IMG/VR virus record: IMGVR_UViG_3300005326_000040
Location: 274,056-338,055 of that record
Strand: one strand, 5' to 3'
DNA from: a virus
Taxonomy: Duplodnaviria > Caudoviricetes
DNA: 64,000 nt
In this document: positions 9,944 to 19,447 of the stretch, in pieces
How the letters are laid out: every line of letters begins with the position of its first letter
How positions within the stretch are numbered: position 1 is the stretch's first letter
Translations under genes and position numbers: made by a program
Notes under the pieces: model-generated
Told to the model about the DNA's origin: nothing
The model's database searches: none
Seen by the model: the letters and a program-made list of their open reading frames with translations, nothing else

Positions 9944-10519
9944 TTGAAAATAAAGATTAGCATGAGCAAAACAGACGGTCAAAGCATGATTGACGTGTTG
10001 ATGAATATTGGAATTGACACGTTAGATGGAGATAAGCTTCGTGTTGACGAGGCGGAGTTTCAGAAAATTTCAAATGAATTTCCTGATGACGGTCTGGTAG
10101 ATATTGCTCAATATGAACGCATGGCCGGACTAGCTATGAGGGGCATCGCGATTTGTGACTATTGGGTTCCTATTCTCATGGTAATTATTGGGGAGCTTGA
10201 GTCAAAAAGAGATATTGCTAAGGCTAAAGCTTATGTTGACGCCGAAGAGCCTAAGTATGGAAAGCTTACGGCTGATGTTAGAAAGCAAATGTCTGAAGCA
10301 AATGAAGAATATAATCGCGTACGGATTTTGACGGAACGTATCCGGGCTATTAAAGTAATGTTTGAAAAGAAGTCACATTCCTTTACTAAGTTTCACGTTT
10401 TCATGAAGGACCAGCAAAAGCTTTACAGTTATAAGGGCGGGCGTGAAATTAGTGGAGATACATTGAAGTTTTCAAGTGAAAAGCCCGATAAAAAGACCAA
10501 TGGCGAAGAAAATTGGTAG
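9944..10519 (+). CDS. Possible UvsY-like recombination mediator (coiled coil)
   Basis: Long helix AKAKAYVDAEEPKY...EEYNRVRILTERIRAIK resembles UvsY; lies near SSB and RecA. Likely start is the ATG at 9962. Confidence 0.35.
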   Translation: MKIKISMSKTDGQSMIDVLMNIGIDTLDGDKLRVDEAEFQKISNEFPDDGLVDIAQYERMAGLAMRGIAICDYWVPILMVIIGELESKRDIAKAKAYVDAEEPKYGKLTADVRKQMSEANEEYNRVRILTERIRAIKVMFEKKSHSFTKFHVFMKDQQKLYSYKGGREISGDTLKFSSEKPDKKTNGEENW

Positions 10520-10534
10520 GAAGAGAATAAGAAT

Positions 10535-10873
10535 ATGCCAACACCTAAGAAACCGGAAGAGAAGAGACAAGCAGAGGAAGAAAGCTTTAATAAGCCGGTA
10601 CCTCAGAATATTGAGAGAATTAAGTATGACCCGATCTTTGAGATTACTGTCGAGCAAGGTACAGGATCTCAAATAAGAGAGGTTATATATATTGGGAGGT
10701 TGTTTCCTTTCGTCGTAGGCCCGGTGCAAAACACAAATTTTGTTACTATCAAGGGTTATATGCCGAGAGGTAAAGCCACCTTGCAGAATCCTAGGGAAGT
10801 GTTGGAGACAACACAATTGGTAGAAGATACATTTTCATATAACTTAATTAAAAAGATTCGCAAAATTGCCTAA
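10535..10873 (+). CDS. Hypothetical protein
   Basis: 112 aa ORF in operon. Confidence 0.55.
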   Translation: MPTPKKPEEKRQAEEESFNKPVPQNIERIKYDPIFEITVEQGTGSQIREVIYIGRLFPFVVGPVQNTNFVTIKGYMPRGKATLQNPREVLETTQLVEDTFSYNLIKKIRKIA

Positions 10874-10911
10874 CGGCAGAAATAGAATCATACAACAAGG
10901 AGAAATCAAAA

Positions 10912-11643
10912 ATGGTACAATACGGCGAAACAGAGTGGGATGATAAAGGTAAGAGTGAGTTTATTAGGCTAAAGGACGGCACGAACAAGATTCGGCTTTT
11001 TACTAAGCCGTTCAAGTTCGGAACGCATCGCGTTCATTTTCCGGATGACCCTACGACCAAGAATGGCGGTGGTCGTATCGTCCGTTGCGCAGTCAATGAC
11101 TGTTCTCTTTGCGCTCTTGCAAAGGACGCAGAGGCTCGTCGCCCAAAGTGGGCTGCTAATCTTGAAGTAGATAAGCAGAAGTCACGTTGGTATGTCGGCG
11201 CAATTAGTCGGGACGAACAGAAGGCGGGCATTCTGGAGATTGGCTCCCTTATCCGCAATAAGGTGAAGGAATTTGCGGGAGACGAGAATTGGGGTAACCC
11301 AGCCAGATACGATCTAACTGTAAAGAAGGATCCAGTAGCTGGTAAGGAAAGCCCAATGCTTTACTACGCTATTACTCCTAATCCGGCTACTCTCGGTCAG
11401 CTTTCTGATAGCGATCAGGAGCTAATTGAAAAGTTCAATGTTGCTGCGCTAGTCAAGCGTTGCGAGCCAGTGTCGAATGAAGACGTTGAGCGAGCAGTGT
11501 TGAAGTATCGCAATGACGTTGATGAGCAGCTAAAGAAGGCCAGGGGCAAGACAGCCGAGAGGGCCGAAAAGGTTGAGGACAAAGACGAGGCAGATGAGGA
11601 TCAGCCCAATCTAGTCTTCAAGAAGCCAATCAAAGAGACCTGA
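10912..11643 (+). CDS. Single-stranded DNA-binding protein (gp32-like)
   Basis: FIRLKDGTNKIRLF, H..C..C..C Zn site, YDLTVKK, acidic C-terminal tail, strong AAGGAG SD. Confidence 0.7.
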   Translation: MVQYGETEWDDKGKSEFIRLKDGTNKIRLFTKPFKFGTHRVHFPDDPTTKNGGGRIVRCAVNDCSLCALAKDAEARRPKWAANLEVDKQKSRWYVGAISRDEQKAGILEIGSLIRNKVKEFAGDENWGNPARYDLTVKKDPVAGKESPMLYYAITPNPATLGQLSDSDQELIEKFNVAALVKRCEPVSNEDVERAVLKYRNDVDEQLKKARGKTAERAEKVEDKDEADEDQPNLVFKKPIKET

Positions 11644-11679
11644 GCAGAATCGTTAGTATAAATCCCTAGGAAAAAGAAA

Positions 11680-11716
11680 GCCCGACTCATGTTATATATA
11701 ATGAGTCGGGTTTTTT
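11680..11716 (+). terminator. Rho-independent terminator
   Basis: CCCGACTCAT/ATGAGTCGGG perfect 10-bp stem, 10-nt loop, T6 tail. Confidence 0.85.
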
Positions 11717-11731
11717 CTATCTAAAGGGCTA

Positions 11732-12442
11732 ATGGCTAAAACAAAAACAGCAGTTACAAAACAAAAAAAAGAAAAGGTTGTTGAAACAAAACCTATTCTA
11801 AATCCAGATGCACTTAATATTGTGGTTGGTTGGGATGTATCAAGTACAACCATTGGTTGGGGAGCCTTATATTTTCTGGGAAATAAAATTCATCAAGTAG
11901 AGTATGGCTATTATAAACCCGAGGAAAAAGACAATAAACTGCTGAGTTTAGTGTTAGTAAAGCAACATGTGGCTGACATTTTAGAAAACGCATTCCATAA
12001 AAACATAAAAGGTCAATACGGCTTAGTTACAATGTATTCTGGAGTAGAAGACTTTTTACTTCATATGGAAGCAAAATCAAGCGCAAACACCATTACTATG
12101 CTTTCTGTTTATAATCGAACTGTTTGTATGTCGGTTTTTGATTTTCTAGCTGCTGCAAATGAAGAATGCGTTGCTTTCAAAGATAATATTCCAAGGTTGC
12201 TTCCAGTAGCAACTATTCGAAGTATTCTTAGGAAGCTGTCGGGCCAGGAAGAGCGCGTGGATAAAGAGCATGTACCAGATGTAGTTGAGGAAATTATCAA
12301 TTCTAAATGGTATGATTCTTCATCTGCTTGGACTTTTAGACGGCTCACCAAACGTACAGGCAAAATGCAAGACGAATGTTTTGATATGGCCGATGGGTTA
12401 GCCGTTGCTGTAGCTACTGCCAATAAGCTTGGCCTTTTGTAG
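11732..12442 (+). CDS. RuvC-like Holliday junction resolvase
   Basis: VVGWDVSSTTIGWG, VEDF and DMADGLAVA give the RNase H-fold acidic residues. Confidence 0.75.
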   Translation: MAKTKTAVTKQKKEKVVETKPILNPDALNIVVGWDVSSTTIGWGALYFLGNKIHQVEYGYYKPEEKDNKLLSLVLVKQHVADILENAFHKNIKGQYGLVTMYSGVEDFLLHMEAKSSANTITMLSVYNRTVCMSVFDFLAAANEECVAFKDNIPRLLPVATIRSILRKLSGQEERVDKEHVPDVVEEIINSKWYDSSSAWTFRRLTKRTGKMQDECFDMADGLAVAVATANKLGLL

Positions 12443-12451
12443 GTTGGTTAA

Positions 12452-13483
12452 ATGAATCTTGAGGAAGCTCATCGTCTACTAGGAACGACTGATTCTGCCA
12501 CGCCAGATGATATTCGTAAAGCCTTTCGTAAAAAGGCGGCAGAAGCTCATCCTGATAAGAATCCAGGTGATGCGACCGCTGAGGCGAGATTCAAAGAAAT
12601 TAACGAAGCATACCAGATTCTTTCGGGTACACAGCAGCCATCTCATCCACAATATCATGATGTCTCGTCTGCTTATCAAAACATGCAGGTGAACTTCGAA
12701 GATTTCTTTGGTCCATTTACGGAGTTCATAAACCCGCAAGCTCAAAGAAAACAGGTGCCTTATAAGAAAAGTCATGTGCAAAAATCGGTACAGCTTTCTT
12801 TTGAAGAGTCTATTCTTGGCGCCGAAAGAGAATTCAAGTACGTACGAAAAGTTTTTTGTAAGAAGTGTAAAGCTGAAGGGATGAATCCTGGTTCAGTTAA
12901 AAAATGTACTCAATGTAACGGCAGTGGAATGATTCAAAAGCAAAATAAGCAGGGTGGCTTTTTTCATTTTACAGCAACAACTTGTTCTGCTTGTAATGGC
13001 CGTGGAAAAGTTGGAGAGGCTTGTCCAGATTGCCAGGGACAAGGTTTCATTAAAGAAAACAAAACTGCAAAGGTAAAGATTCCTCCAGTAGGGTCTCAGA
13101 CTGATGTTGTTTTGCGTTTCCCTAAAGAGGGACATGTTTATCCAGATGTTATTTCAGATGTTTTTATTTCAATAACGCCTACAGCATCAAAAGACAACAT
13201 GGTTATTGAAGGAACTAATGTCATAATGAAACTTCCTGTACCATTGAATATTTTGTTATTTGGAGGCGAGCGACAAGTCCCAATTGTCGGGCAAACCGAA
13301 TTGCGGACTATTAAAATAAATGAATCATCCAAAGTTGGCGACAATATAGTCTTAAACGAATGCGGAGTAAGGAGTTTTCAATCCTCTTCGCCCGGAAAAT
13401 TGGTTATACAACTGGATATTGAATATCCAAAAAAACTAACACCAGAACTAAAAGAACAACTAACAAAAGCATACGAGGATTAA
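12452..13483 (+). CDS. dnaJ: DnaJ co-chaperone (type I)
   Basis: J domain with HPDKN, four CxxCxGxG-type repeats, C-terminal substrate-binding domain. Confidence 0.93.
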   Translation: MNLEEAHRLLGTTDSATPDDIRKAFRKKAAEAHPDKNPGDATAEARFKEINEAYQILSGTQQPSHPQYHDVSSAYQNMQVNFEDFFGPFTEFINPQAQRKQVPYKKSHVQKSVQLSFEESILGAEREFKYVRKVFCKKCKAEGMNPGSVKKCTQCNGSGMIQKQNKQGGFFHFTATTCSACNGRGKVGEACPDCQGQGFIKENKTAKVKIPPVGSQTDVVLRFPKEGHVYPDVISDVFISITPTASKDNMVIEGTNVIMKLPVPLNILLFGGERQVPIVGQTELRTIKINESSKVGDNIVLNECGVRSFQSSSPGKLVIQLDIEYPKKLTPELKEQLTKAYED

Positions 13484-14830
13484 ATGGGTAGACCAAAAGG
13501 TAAGTCAAATAGAAAAAATGATTTAGAGCCTATCAACACACAGACTGCTGCGCCAGCGCCTTCTGTATCCAGTTCGGCTGGATTGGATGCGCTATTTGCT
13601 ATTGAAAAGCAGTTTGCAGATAGCATCAATACATTCAAGCCTAAAAAAACACATGTAAATGTCATTAGTACCGGGTCACCAGCGTTAGATGATATCTGTG
13701 TAGTAGGAGGTTATCCAAGAGGTAGGATTGTTCACTTGTTTGGTCCTTTCGGTGGTGGCAAAACTTTTATGTGCATGATTGCTGCCAAGAGCGCTCTTGA
13801 ACAGGATCCAGACAATGTCGTGATTTGGTTTGACGCTGAAAATACATTTGACTACGATTGGGCTCACAATCTTGGTATTTGGGATCCCAAGCTGTATAAT
13901 GAAGAAACTGGGGTCGATAGAAATCGACTTGTAGTTATTCCAATCAACCTTGGAAAATCAATCTTCAAGCGCATTTCAGGCGAACTTAAGGTCGATAAGT
14001 TTGGAAAAGAAAGAAAAGATCCTGGGTTCTTGGATCTTATTATTGAAGGCAAGCTTAAGTGTCCATTGATTGTTTTGGACTCAATTGCAGCAATTATCCC
14101 GCCAGGAGAAGATACTTCTACTATTGGCAAGCAGAATATGGCTCTTCTTCCAAGATTCTTGCCGCCAGAGTTCAGAAGAATCGCCAGTCCGTTATTCCGT
14201 TCTGAAACTTGCTTTATGTGTATTAACCAAGTCGTTACGAACATTGGTGATCAGTGGGGTGATGAATTTGGTTTTTCAGGCGGAGAGAAGCTGAAGCATT
14301 GGATTAGTTTGAATATCTTTGTTGATAAGCTAGAATCAAAGGGCGGCAAGATTTTAACAGAAAAAGACGCCAAGGACACTATTATTGGCCAGTCTGTTAG
14401 GTTTATCATTAAGAAGAGTAAGTTCGGACCTTATCCGCGCAGTTGTGAATCCAAAGTGTGTTTCAAGACCGGGACGGAGTGGACTGGGAAAGAATACACT
14501 GTAGGCATCGTAGATATTGAAGAAGAGTGGGTAGACCTTGGCGTTCACTATGGTGTAATTGACCTAGGTGGTTCCTGGTATTCTTTTGGAGACTACGGTA
14601 AGTGGCAGGGTAAGCCAAACATTGCTGAGGCTCTACGGGCCGACCCAGACATGCTAGAAGCTTTGAAAGCTGGAGTTGCAGCCGCTAAGAAGGCTGGTAA
14701 AAAGAACGACATGCATGTTGAAGGCGAAGACGAAATTATGAAGAAGATTGCTGTGCTTGATAGCCGAGCAAAAGTTGATGATGCTGAAGAAGAAGAAACA
14801 GAAGAAGACGATGACGACAGTGAGGAGTAA
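13484..14830 (+). CDS. recA: RecA recombinase (divergent)
   Basis: ISTGSPALD...GGYPRGRIV, Walker A GPFGGGKT, FDAEN, IVLDSIAA, INQV, GGEKLKH, GGSWYSFG; acidic tail. Confidence 0.92.
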   Translation: MGRPKGKSNRKNDLEPINTQTAAPAPSVSSSAGLDALFAIEKQFADSINTFKPKKTHVNVISTGSPALDDICVVGGYPRGRIVHLFGPFGGGKTFMCMIAAKSALEQDPDNVVIWFDAENTFDYDWAHNLGIWDPKLYNEETGVDRNRLVVIPINLGKSIFKRISGELKVDKFGKERKDPGFLDLIIEGKLKCPLIVLDSIAAIIPPGEDTSTIGKQNMALLPRFLPPEFRRIASPLFRSETCFMCINQVVTNIGDQWGDEFGFSGGEKLKHWISLNIFVDKLESKGGKILTEKDAKDTIIGQSVRFIIKKSKFGPYPRSCESKVCFKTGTEWTGKEYTVGIVDIEEEWVDLGVHYGVIDLGGSWYSFGDYGKWQGKPNIAEALRADPDMLEALKAGVAAAKKAGKKNDMHVEGEDEIMKKIAVLDSRAKVDDAEEEETEEDDDDSEE

Positions 14831-15150
14831 TGTTATTAACTTGTCCAAATAAAGAATGTAGAAAACTTTCAGATGTAAAGTTGAATGAGAAGACCAATGA
14901 AGTTGTTTGCGAGAGTTGTGGAAACGTAATTCCAAATGTTACGAGTTTCGTGAAAAATAACTTGCGTGCCAACAAAGAGTTTATAAAAGTTGGTACTAAA
15001 AGCAATTTCAATGTCAAGTGTTCAAAATGTGGTCGAGTTGTCGGCCCGCTCTTGGTAAATAATAAGGTGACGTGCCCCGATTGTAAGGGGGAGATTACCT
15101 TATCCAAGGCGTTTGAAAATGTCTTCCGCGAGTCCTACCGAAAATCCTAG
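14830..15150 (+). CDS. Double zinc-ribbon protein
   Basis: CPNKEC, CESC, CSKC and CPDC. Confidence 0.7.
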   Translation: MLLTCPNKECRKLSDVKLNEKTNEVVCESCGNVIPNVTSFVKNNLRANKEFIKVGTKSNFNVKCSKCGRVVGPLLVNNKVTCPDCKGEITLSKAFENVFRESYRKS

Positions 15151-16024
15151 CCAGAATAATTCTAAGACAGCCGCAGCGCTTGCTAAAGAAGCGACTGTGA
15201 AACGCAAACAACGATTCAAGCACCTTGATGCTATCATCACCGTAGCTTCTAATTGGTTGTACAATCAGTCGCCAGCCAAAGACACCCTAGCTTATCTCGA
15301 CAAACGCATGTCAAGAGAGCAGCAATCCATTCTTAAATTCGGATATTTCCCCCGAAATTGGGAGGATGTCTTGTTGTTTATGGACGACTTGTCTGAAGTT
15401 TTGCCTAAAGAAGATCCCAAAAATGTCCTTGAAGAGAATGGGATTATTGAGCTTCGGGCAAGAAAGCCAAAGAATTTCTACTATAATAATCCTCTTTTGA
15501 TTCCTTTTTACGACGTTTACGGTAATCCTGTATCGATAGTGGGAAGAACACTTCTTTCCGAACAGGAACTGAAACAAACAAAAATCAGCAAATACAAGAA
15601 CTTACCTTTCCAAAAAAGTAAACATTTATTTGGATTGAATTTATCTTGGAGGAAGATCGTCGAACTTGATTATGTTCTTATAGTAGAAGGGCAGTTTGAT
15701 TTTATCACGAGTTTCTTGTATGGGTATGAGAACTCTGTGGCGCTTTGTGGTAGCAAGGTAATTCTGGAACAACTACTATTATTGAAACGTTATACTAAGA
15801 ATTTCTATTTTATTTTAGACAATGATGAAGCAGGCGAAAAAGGCTGGAACGCAATAAATAACAAAGCCAGCAAATATGATATCTTTTGTCACCGGATTGA
15901 ATTAACGCAGGGTAAGGATGTAGATGAGTGCTTGCGAAGCGGAAATACAATTGTATTTCCGAAACCTCATTTACTTAGGATATATAAACACGCATTAACT
16001 AAACAGGAGATGGATGCCGGATAG
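15113..16024 (+). CDS. dnaG: DNA primase catalytic core (Toprim) lacking the CHC2 zinc finger
   Basis: YLDKR, FGYFP, IPFYD...GRT, SKYKN, LFGLN, IVEGQFD, DNDEAG, GKDVDE. Likely start is the ATG at 15119. Confidence 0.85.
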   Translation: MKMSSASPTENPSQNNSKTAAALAKEATVKRKQRFKHLDAIITVASNWLYNQSPAKDTLAYLDKRMSREQQSILKFGYFPRNWEDVLLFMDDLSEVLPKEDPKNVLEENGIIELRARKPKNFYYNNPLLIPFYDVYGNPVSIVGRTLLSEQELKQTKISKYKNLPFQKSKHLFGLNLSWRKIVELDYVLIVEGQFDFITSFLYGYENSVALCGSKVILEQLLLLKRYTKNFYFILDNDEAGEKGWNAINNKASKYDIFCHRIELTQGKDVDECLRSGNTIVFPKPHLLRIYKHALTKQEMDAG

Positions 16025-16460
16025 AACTAGAAACCGCTCGGGAGGATATCAGTTTAATCTTATCGAAGTCGCAGTCTCACCTTTTATCTTAGGCGACCTT
16101 TCCGCCGCCCAAGGTATGGCGTATCGTTTTCAACCATTTGAGGAGAGTGAAATGCTTCTTGATCTAAAGGAGGAGCTAAAGGTACATCTTTGGCGAATTA
16201 TTGAAACGGGGCTTACAAAACGTCAGCGCGAAGTAGTGAAACTCTCAATGGATGGTTATACTCAAAATGAAATTGCCAAACAACTTGGTATCAACCAAAC
16301 AAGTGTTCATAAAGTCCTTCGTGGAAATATTGATTATCGTATGCAACGTCGTCGGTATGGCGGAGCATTTAAAAAAATACTAAAACTAGCACAAGCAGAC
16401 ATTGAGATTCAAAAGATACTTACCGAAATAAAAGACCTCTACGAATGTTTGGAACTCTAA
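16014..16460 (+). CDS. Sigma-70 region 4 / LuxR-type HTH transcription factor
   Basis: LTKRQREVVKLSMDGYTQNEIAKQLGINQTSVHKVL; only 148 aa. Confidence 0.75.
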   Translation: MPDRTRNRSGGYQFNLIEVAVSPFILGDLSAAQGMAYRFQPFEESEMLLDLKEELKVHLWRIIETGLTKRQREVVKLSMDGYTQNEIAKQLGINQTSVHKVLRGNIDYRMQRRRYGGAFKKILKLAQADIEIQKILTEIKDLYECLEL

Positions 16461-16507
16461 GTTGAAGGTATATTTGATTTGCCTGAAGATTTTTGTTGTG
16501 ACATGGT

Positions 16508-16520
16508 AATGAAACAACAT
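16508..16520 (+). promoter_or_regulatory. Putative late promoter motif AATR-N6-YAT
   Basis: AATG-aaacaa-CAT before the first head-module gene. Confidence 0.5.
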
Positions 16521-16545
16521 ATTTTTAGACGATATTGCTACATAG

Positions 16546-17034
16546 ATGAGGATTATGGACAAATTCAATTTTAATTTTGACGAGCTTGACCACACATTAA
16601 ATGCTCCCAAAATGTATAAACTTGCGGATGTGAAAGACCAAATCCGAAAAGTAGCATTCAATGTTGTGACTTTCAGAAACAATCCAGAGACATTATGGCA
16701 GGTTGTGCAAGGCGATGGAGGGGAAGAGTACATCGTAGCAACTTACACGACTGAACCTGTTGATTTGGTTTCTACAAGCTCAGCTGCATCTAAAACAGAA
16801 AAAAAGGCTTGGGTTGTAGAGACTGATCGTTTGGGAAAGAAAGCAACAATCTTCTATAATAACATGCCCATCACAAACGTTGATGTAAGCAAAATTGATG
16901 ATTTGGAAGATTTCAAATATCGTACACCTCAATTACTCAACAAAAACGCATCCTTGGTAACCAAGATGCTGAACAGTTTGGATGAAAGTTATAGAAGGCA
17001 AGTCCTCAACATGTTTCCTGAACTGCAAAAATAA
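16546..17034 (+). CDS. Putative head/internal protein
   Basis: First gene of the head module; carries IRKVA, EKKA and NKNA motifs. Confidence 0.55.
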   Translation: MRIMDKFNFNFDELDHTLNAPKMYKLADVKDQIRKVAFNVVTFRNNPETLWQVVQGDGGEEYIVATYTTEPVDLVSTSSAASKTEKKAWVVETDRLGKKATIFYNNMPITNVDVSKIDDLEDFKYRTPQLLNKNASLVTKMLNSLDESYRRQVLNMFPELQK

Positions 17035-17036
17035 CG

Positions 17037-18731
17037 GTGAATATGGTTCTTAACCCAGCGGAAATTATCAAAAAGGCAACAGATTTAGTTACCAAGCTCC
17101 ATGACAATGAAGCTCTTCCCGTACCTGTTTTGCAGGTTCGTGCCATGAGGGCTACCGAGAACCATCCCAACGATCAAACGTTGAGAATGCTTTATAACGT
17201 TCTTGAGCGGATGAATGAGCATGGTAAAGGTTTTATTACACGCGCAGAATTTCGAGAGTTATATCGAAAATTTGCGACTTCAAACAACAGAGCTTCGGGT
17301 TATTTCGAAGAAGAGTTGAGTCTAACAGAGCTTCCTAAAGCGAAAATTCTAGCGCAAGCTGGTGATGAGAGCGTTGACATTGTTCAAGAAGCAATGAGCG
17401 CGGCTGCTGATCCAGCTTTAGTTAATGCTTTTTCAGAGCTTTGGACTCAGCAAGGCACGCCTAATAAGAAGGCGGAACTAAAGATTTACGACCCAAGTCG
17501 AGCCAAGATGGCAGCAAATCTAGCAGAACTAGAGTTGATTAGATTGGGCGCTCAGCCTGTTAAGATGAGTGTATTTGGTGGTTCACAACATTTTATTATT
17601 TGTGATGCAACCTATAACACTCCTTCAGGTGAAGGTCACGTTCTTGTGCCTGTTGAGCTTACCGCTTCACGTATGCTGGTTCCTAATATGTTCCTTTCGA
17701 AGCATGGTTTTGTTGATCTAAGCAAGAATGCGATTATTACTCACCTTCGCGAAAGCGGCGGCAAGAATATTAGAATCAACGCTAATCATCTTTTAGACTC
17801 ACTTCATAATATGCAGAAGTTTGCTTCTATGGATGAGGTTGAATTACAGATTGCTGTTGCGCGAGCAAATGCTGATAAAGCACTAGGCATCGTAAAGAGC
17901 GCGAGTGAAAACTCTAACGTTCCTTCTTTGACTGGCAATCCTGTTTATGTTGAAATCGATTCTGAAGAACAGAATGACCTCGACCTTCCTCAAAGCCCTC
18001 ATGCAGCCAGTTTTGCTTCGATGTTAGAAAGCCCTCGCGGTTTGGCTGAGTATACATTTGGACGCGACCTAGTGGAGCAAGGCAGAACAATCGTTGCTAA
18101 CAAATTCAAGGCGTTTGGATACAAGCCTGAAATCGCCGTTGTTGGTTGTGATGATGATTCTATCTCCTATGCTGTCAAAGTAAGCACAGCTAATGGCCCG
18201 CTTGGGATGCAGGTTCTTGTTGATATTTCTGAAGGCAAGCGCATGCATCTTCCTAATATTGTAGCCACAAACGATAAGGTTTATGAGTTTACAAGAGAAG
18301 GCGTCGCAGAAGCCGTAACTCATAAAATTTCTGATTGGGGCATGATTGCTGCTGTATCGCCGATGTATGAGCTAAAGACAAGCGAAGTTCTTGATCGTCT
18401 TCGTAAAGCTGCTGATAATCATGATTTCGCCGCAGCTGAAGAAGCTCTTCATGTTATTGCTGAAAAAGCGGCTCCAGATGTCTATAGTGCCGCTGTCGCA
18501 GAATATATGAGAAGTCTATCGGGAGAAATCGAAAAGAAGGCTAGTGCTAAATGCGGCTGCAAGAAAATTATCAAGTCTGCAAGCCATGTCGCTCCCATTT
18601 GCGGTCACTTGAATTTGCCTCTTGATAAGGTTTATCAGGATGAGTTCGGCAATTGTCGTCCATTATATCGCAGAAACATGGATGAAACATACGAAGGTCT
18701 ACTTTTTAACACAAGCAAAGTTCTACTATAA
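17037..18731 (+). CDS. Putative head/internal protein with duplicated beta-rich domain
   Basis: 564 aa; IIKKA, QKFAS, VKSAS, EKKAS and IKSAS motifs; C-terminal Cys/His cluster. Confidence 0.6.
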   Translation: MNMVLNPAEIIKKATDLVTKLHDNEALPVPVLQVRAMRATENHPNDQTLRMLYNVLERMNEHGKGFITRAEFRELYRKFATSNNRASGYFEEELSLTELPKAKILAQAGDESVDIVQEAMSAAADPALVNAFSELWTQQGTPNKKAELKIYDPSRAKMAANLAELELIRLGAQPVKMSVFGGSQHFIICDATYNTPSGEGHVLVPVELTASRMLVPNMFLSKHGFVDLSKNAIITHLRESGGKNIRINANHLLDSLHNMQKFASMDEVELQIAVARANADKALGIVKSASENSNVPSLTGNPVYVEIDSEEQNDLDLPQSPHAASFASMLESPRGLAEYTFGRDLVEQGRTIVANKFKAFGYKPEIAVVGCDDDSISYAVKVSTANGPLGMQVLVDISEGKRMHLPNIVATNDKVYEFTREGVAEAVTHKISDWGMIAAVSPMYELKTSEVLDRLRKAADNHDFAAAEEALHVIAEKAAPDVYSAAVAEYMRSLSGEIEKKASAKCGCKKIIKSASHVAPICGHLNLPLDKVYQDEFGNCRPLYRRNMDETYEGLLFNTSKVLL

Positions 18732-18740
18732 GGAGAGCAA

Positions 18741-19427
18741 ATGGCCGCCGAACTTGATAAAGAAAGCCATCAATTAGCCTATGAGGTCCTAAAAAGCACA
18801 GCAAGCTGGCTTGAAGACCCAGATAATGAGATTCTAAGTTTACTTGAAGAAAATGATACTTCTGTTGAATTGGCAGCTGATGCTTGTGTTCATGCCGCTC
18901 ATATTTTGAAAAAGGTCGCTACAGACATTCAGCTTGTGTCTGGCATTGATGATCAAAGCGAAGACGTAACAGTAGCTTTGGATAAGCTTCGAGCCATTGC
19001 AAACGAGCTTGATAGCTCAAATGACCCCAATCTAGTCAAGAAAGCCAGTATGTTGGACGAGATTCTGCTAACAGTTGCCGCTGATGTTGAGGCTCAAAAT
19101 AAGTTTCGAGCACGTATGTCTCAGAAGATTGAAGCATTAAAAAAAAATAGTCAGCAACGGAAAATAGCAACTGAGTCTGCTTCAAAAGAAGAAAAGAAAG
19201 AAGATTCGAAACCAGCAGAAGACAAATCAACAGGGTCTGCATCTACTAGGGTTTGCCGAGAACATCCCGGAGCCCAGTTATACCGAATGGAAGACGGCTC
19301 CTGGAAATGTACTTTAGGCGGTGAGACTATCACTGATGAGCGTTCTATAGAGAACCAAACAAAGCTAAATACTTTTCTAAACAACCCCATGGTGATTGAA
19401 AGCACTCGTGAGAATCGAAATCGATAG
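18741..19427 (+). CDS. Putative head/internal protein
   Basis: LKKVA, VKKAS and RKIA motifs; shared helical module; C-terminal CREH...C. Confidence 0.6.
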   Translation: MAAELDKESHQLAYEVLKSTASWLEDPDNEILSLLEENDTSVELAADACVHAAHILKKVATDIQLVSGIDDQSEDVTVALDKLRAIANELDSSNDPNLVKKASMLDEILLTVAADVEAQNKFRARMSQKIEALKKNSQQRKIATESASKEEKKEDSKPAEDKSTGSASTRVCREHPGAQLYRMEDGSWKCTLGGETITDERSIENQTKLNTFLNNPMVIESTRENRNR

Positions 19428-19447
19428 GCTGACTATGATGTACGAAA

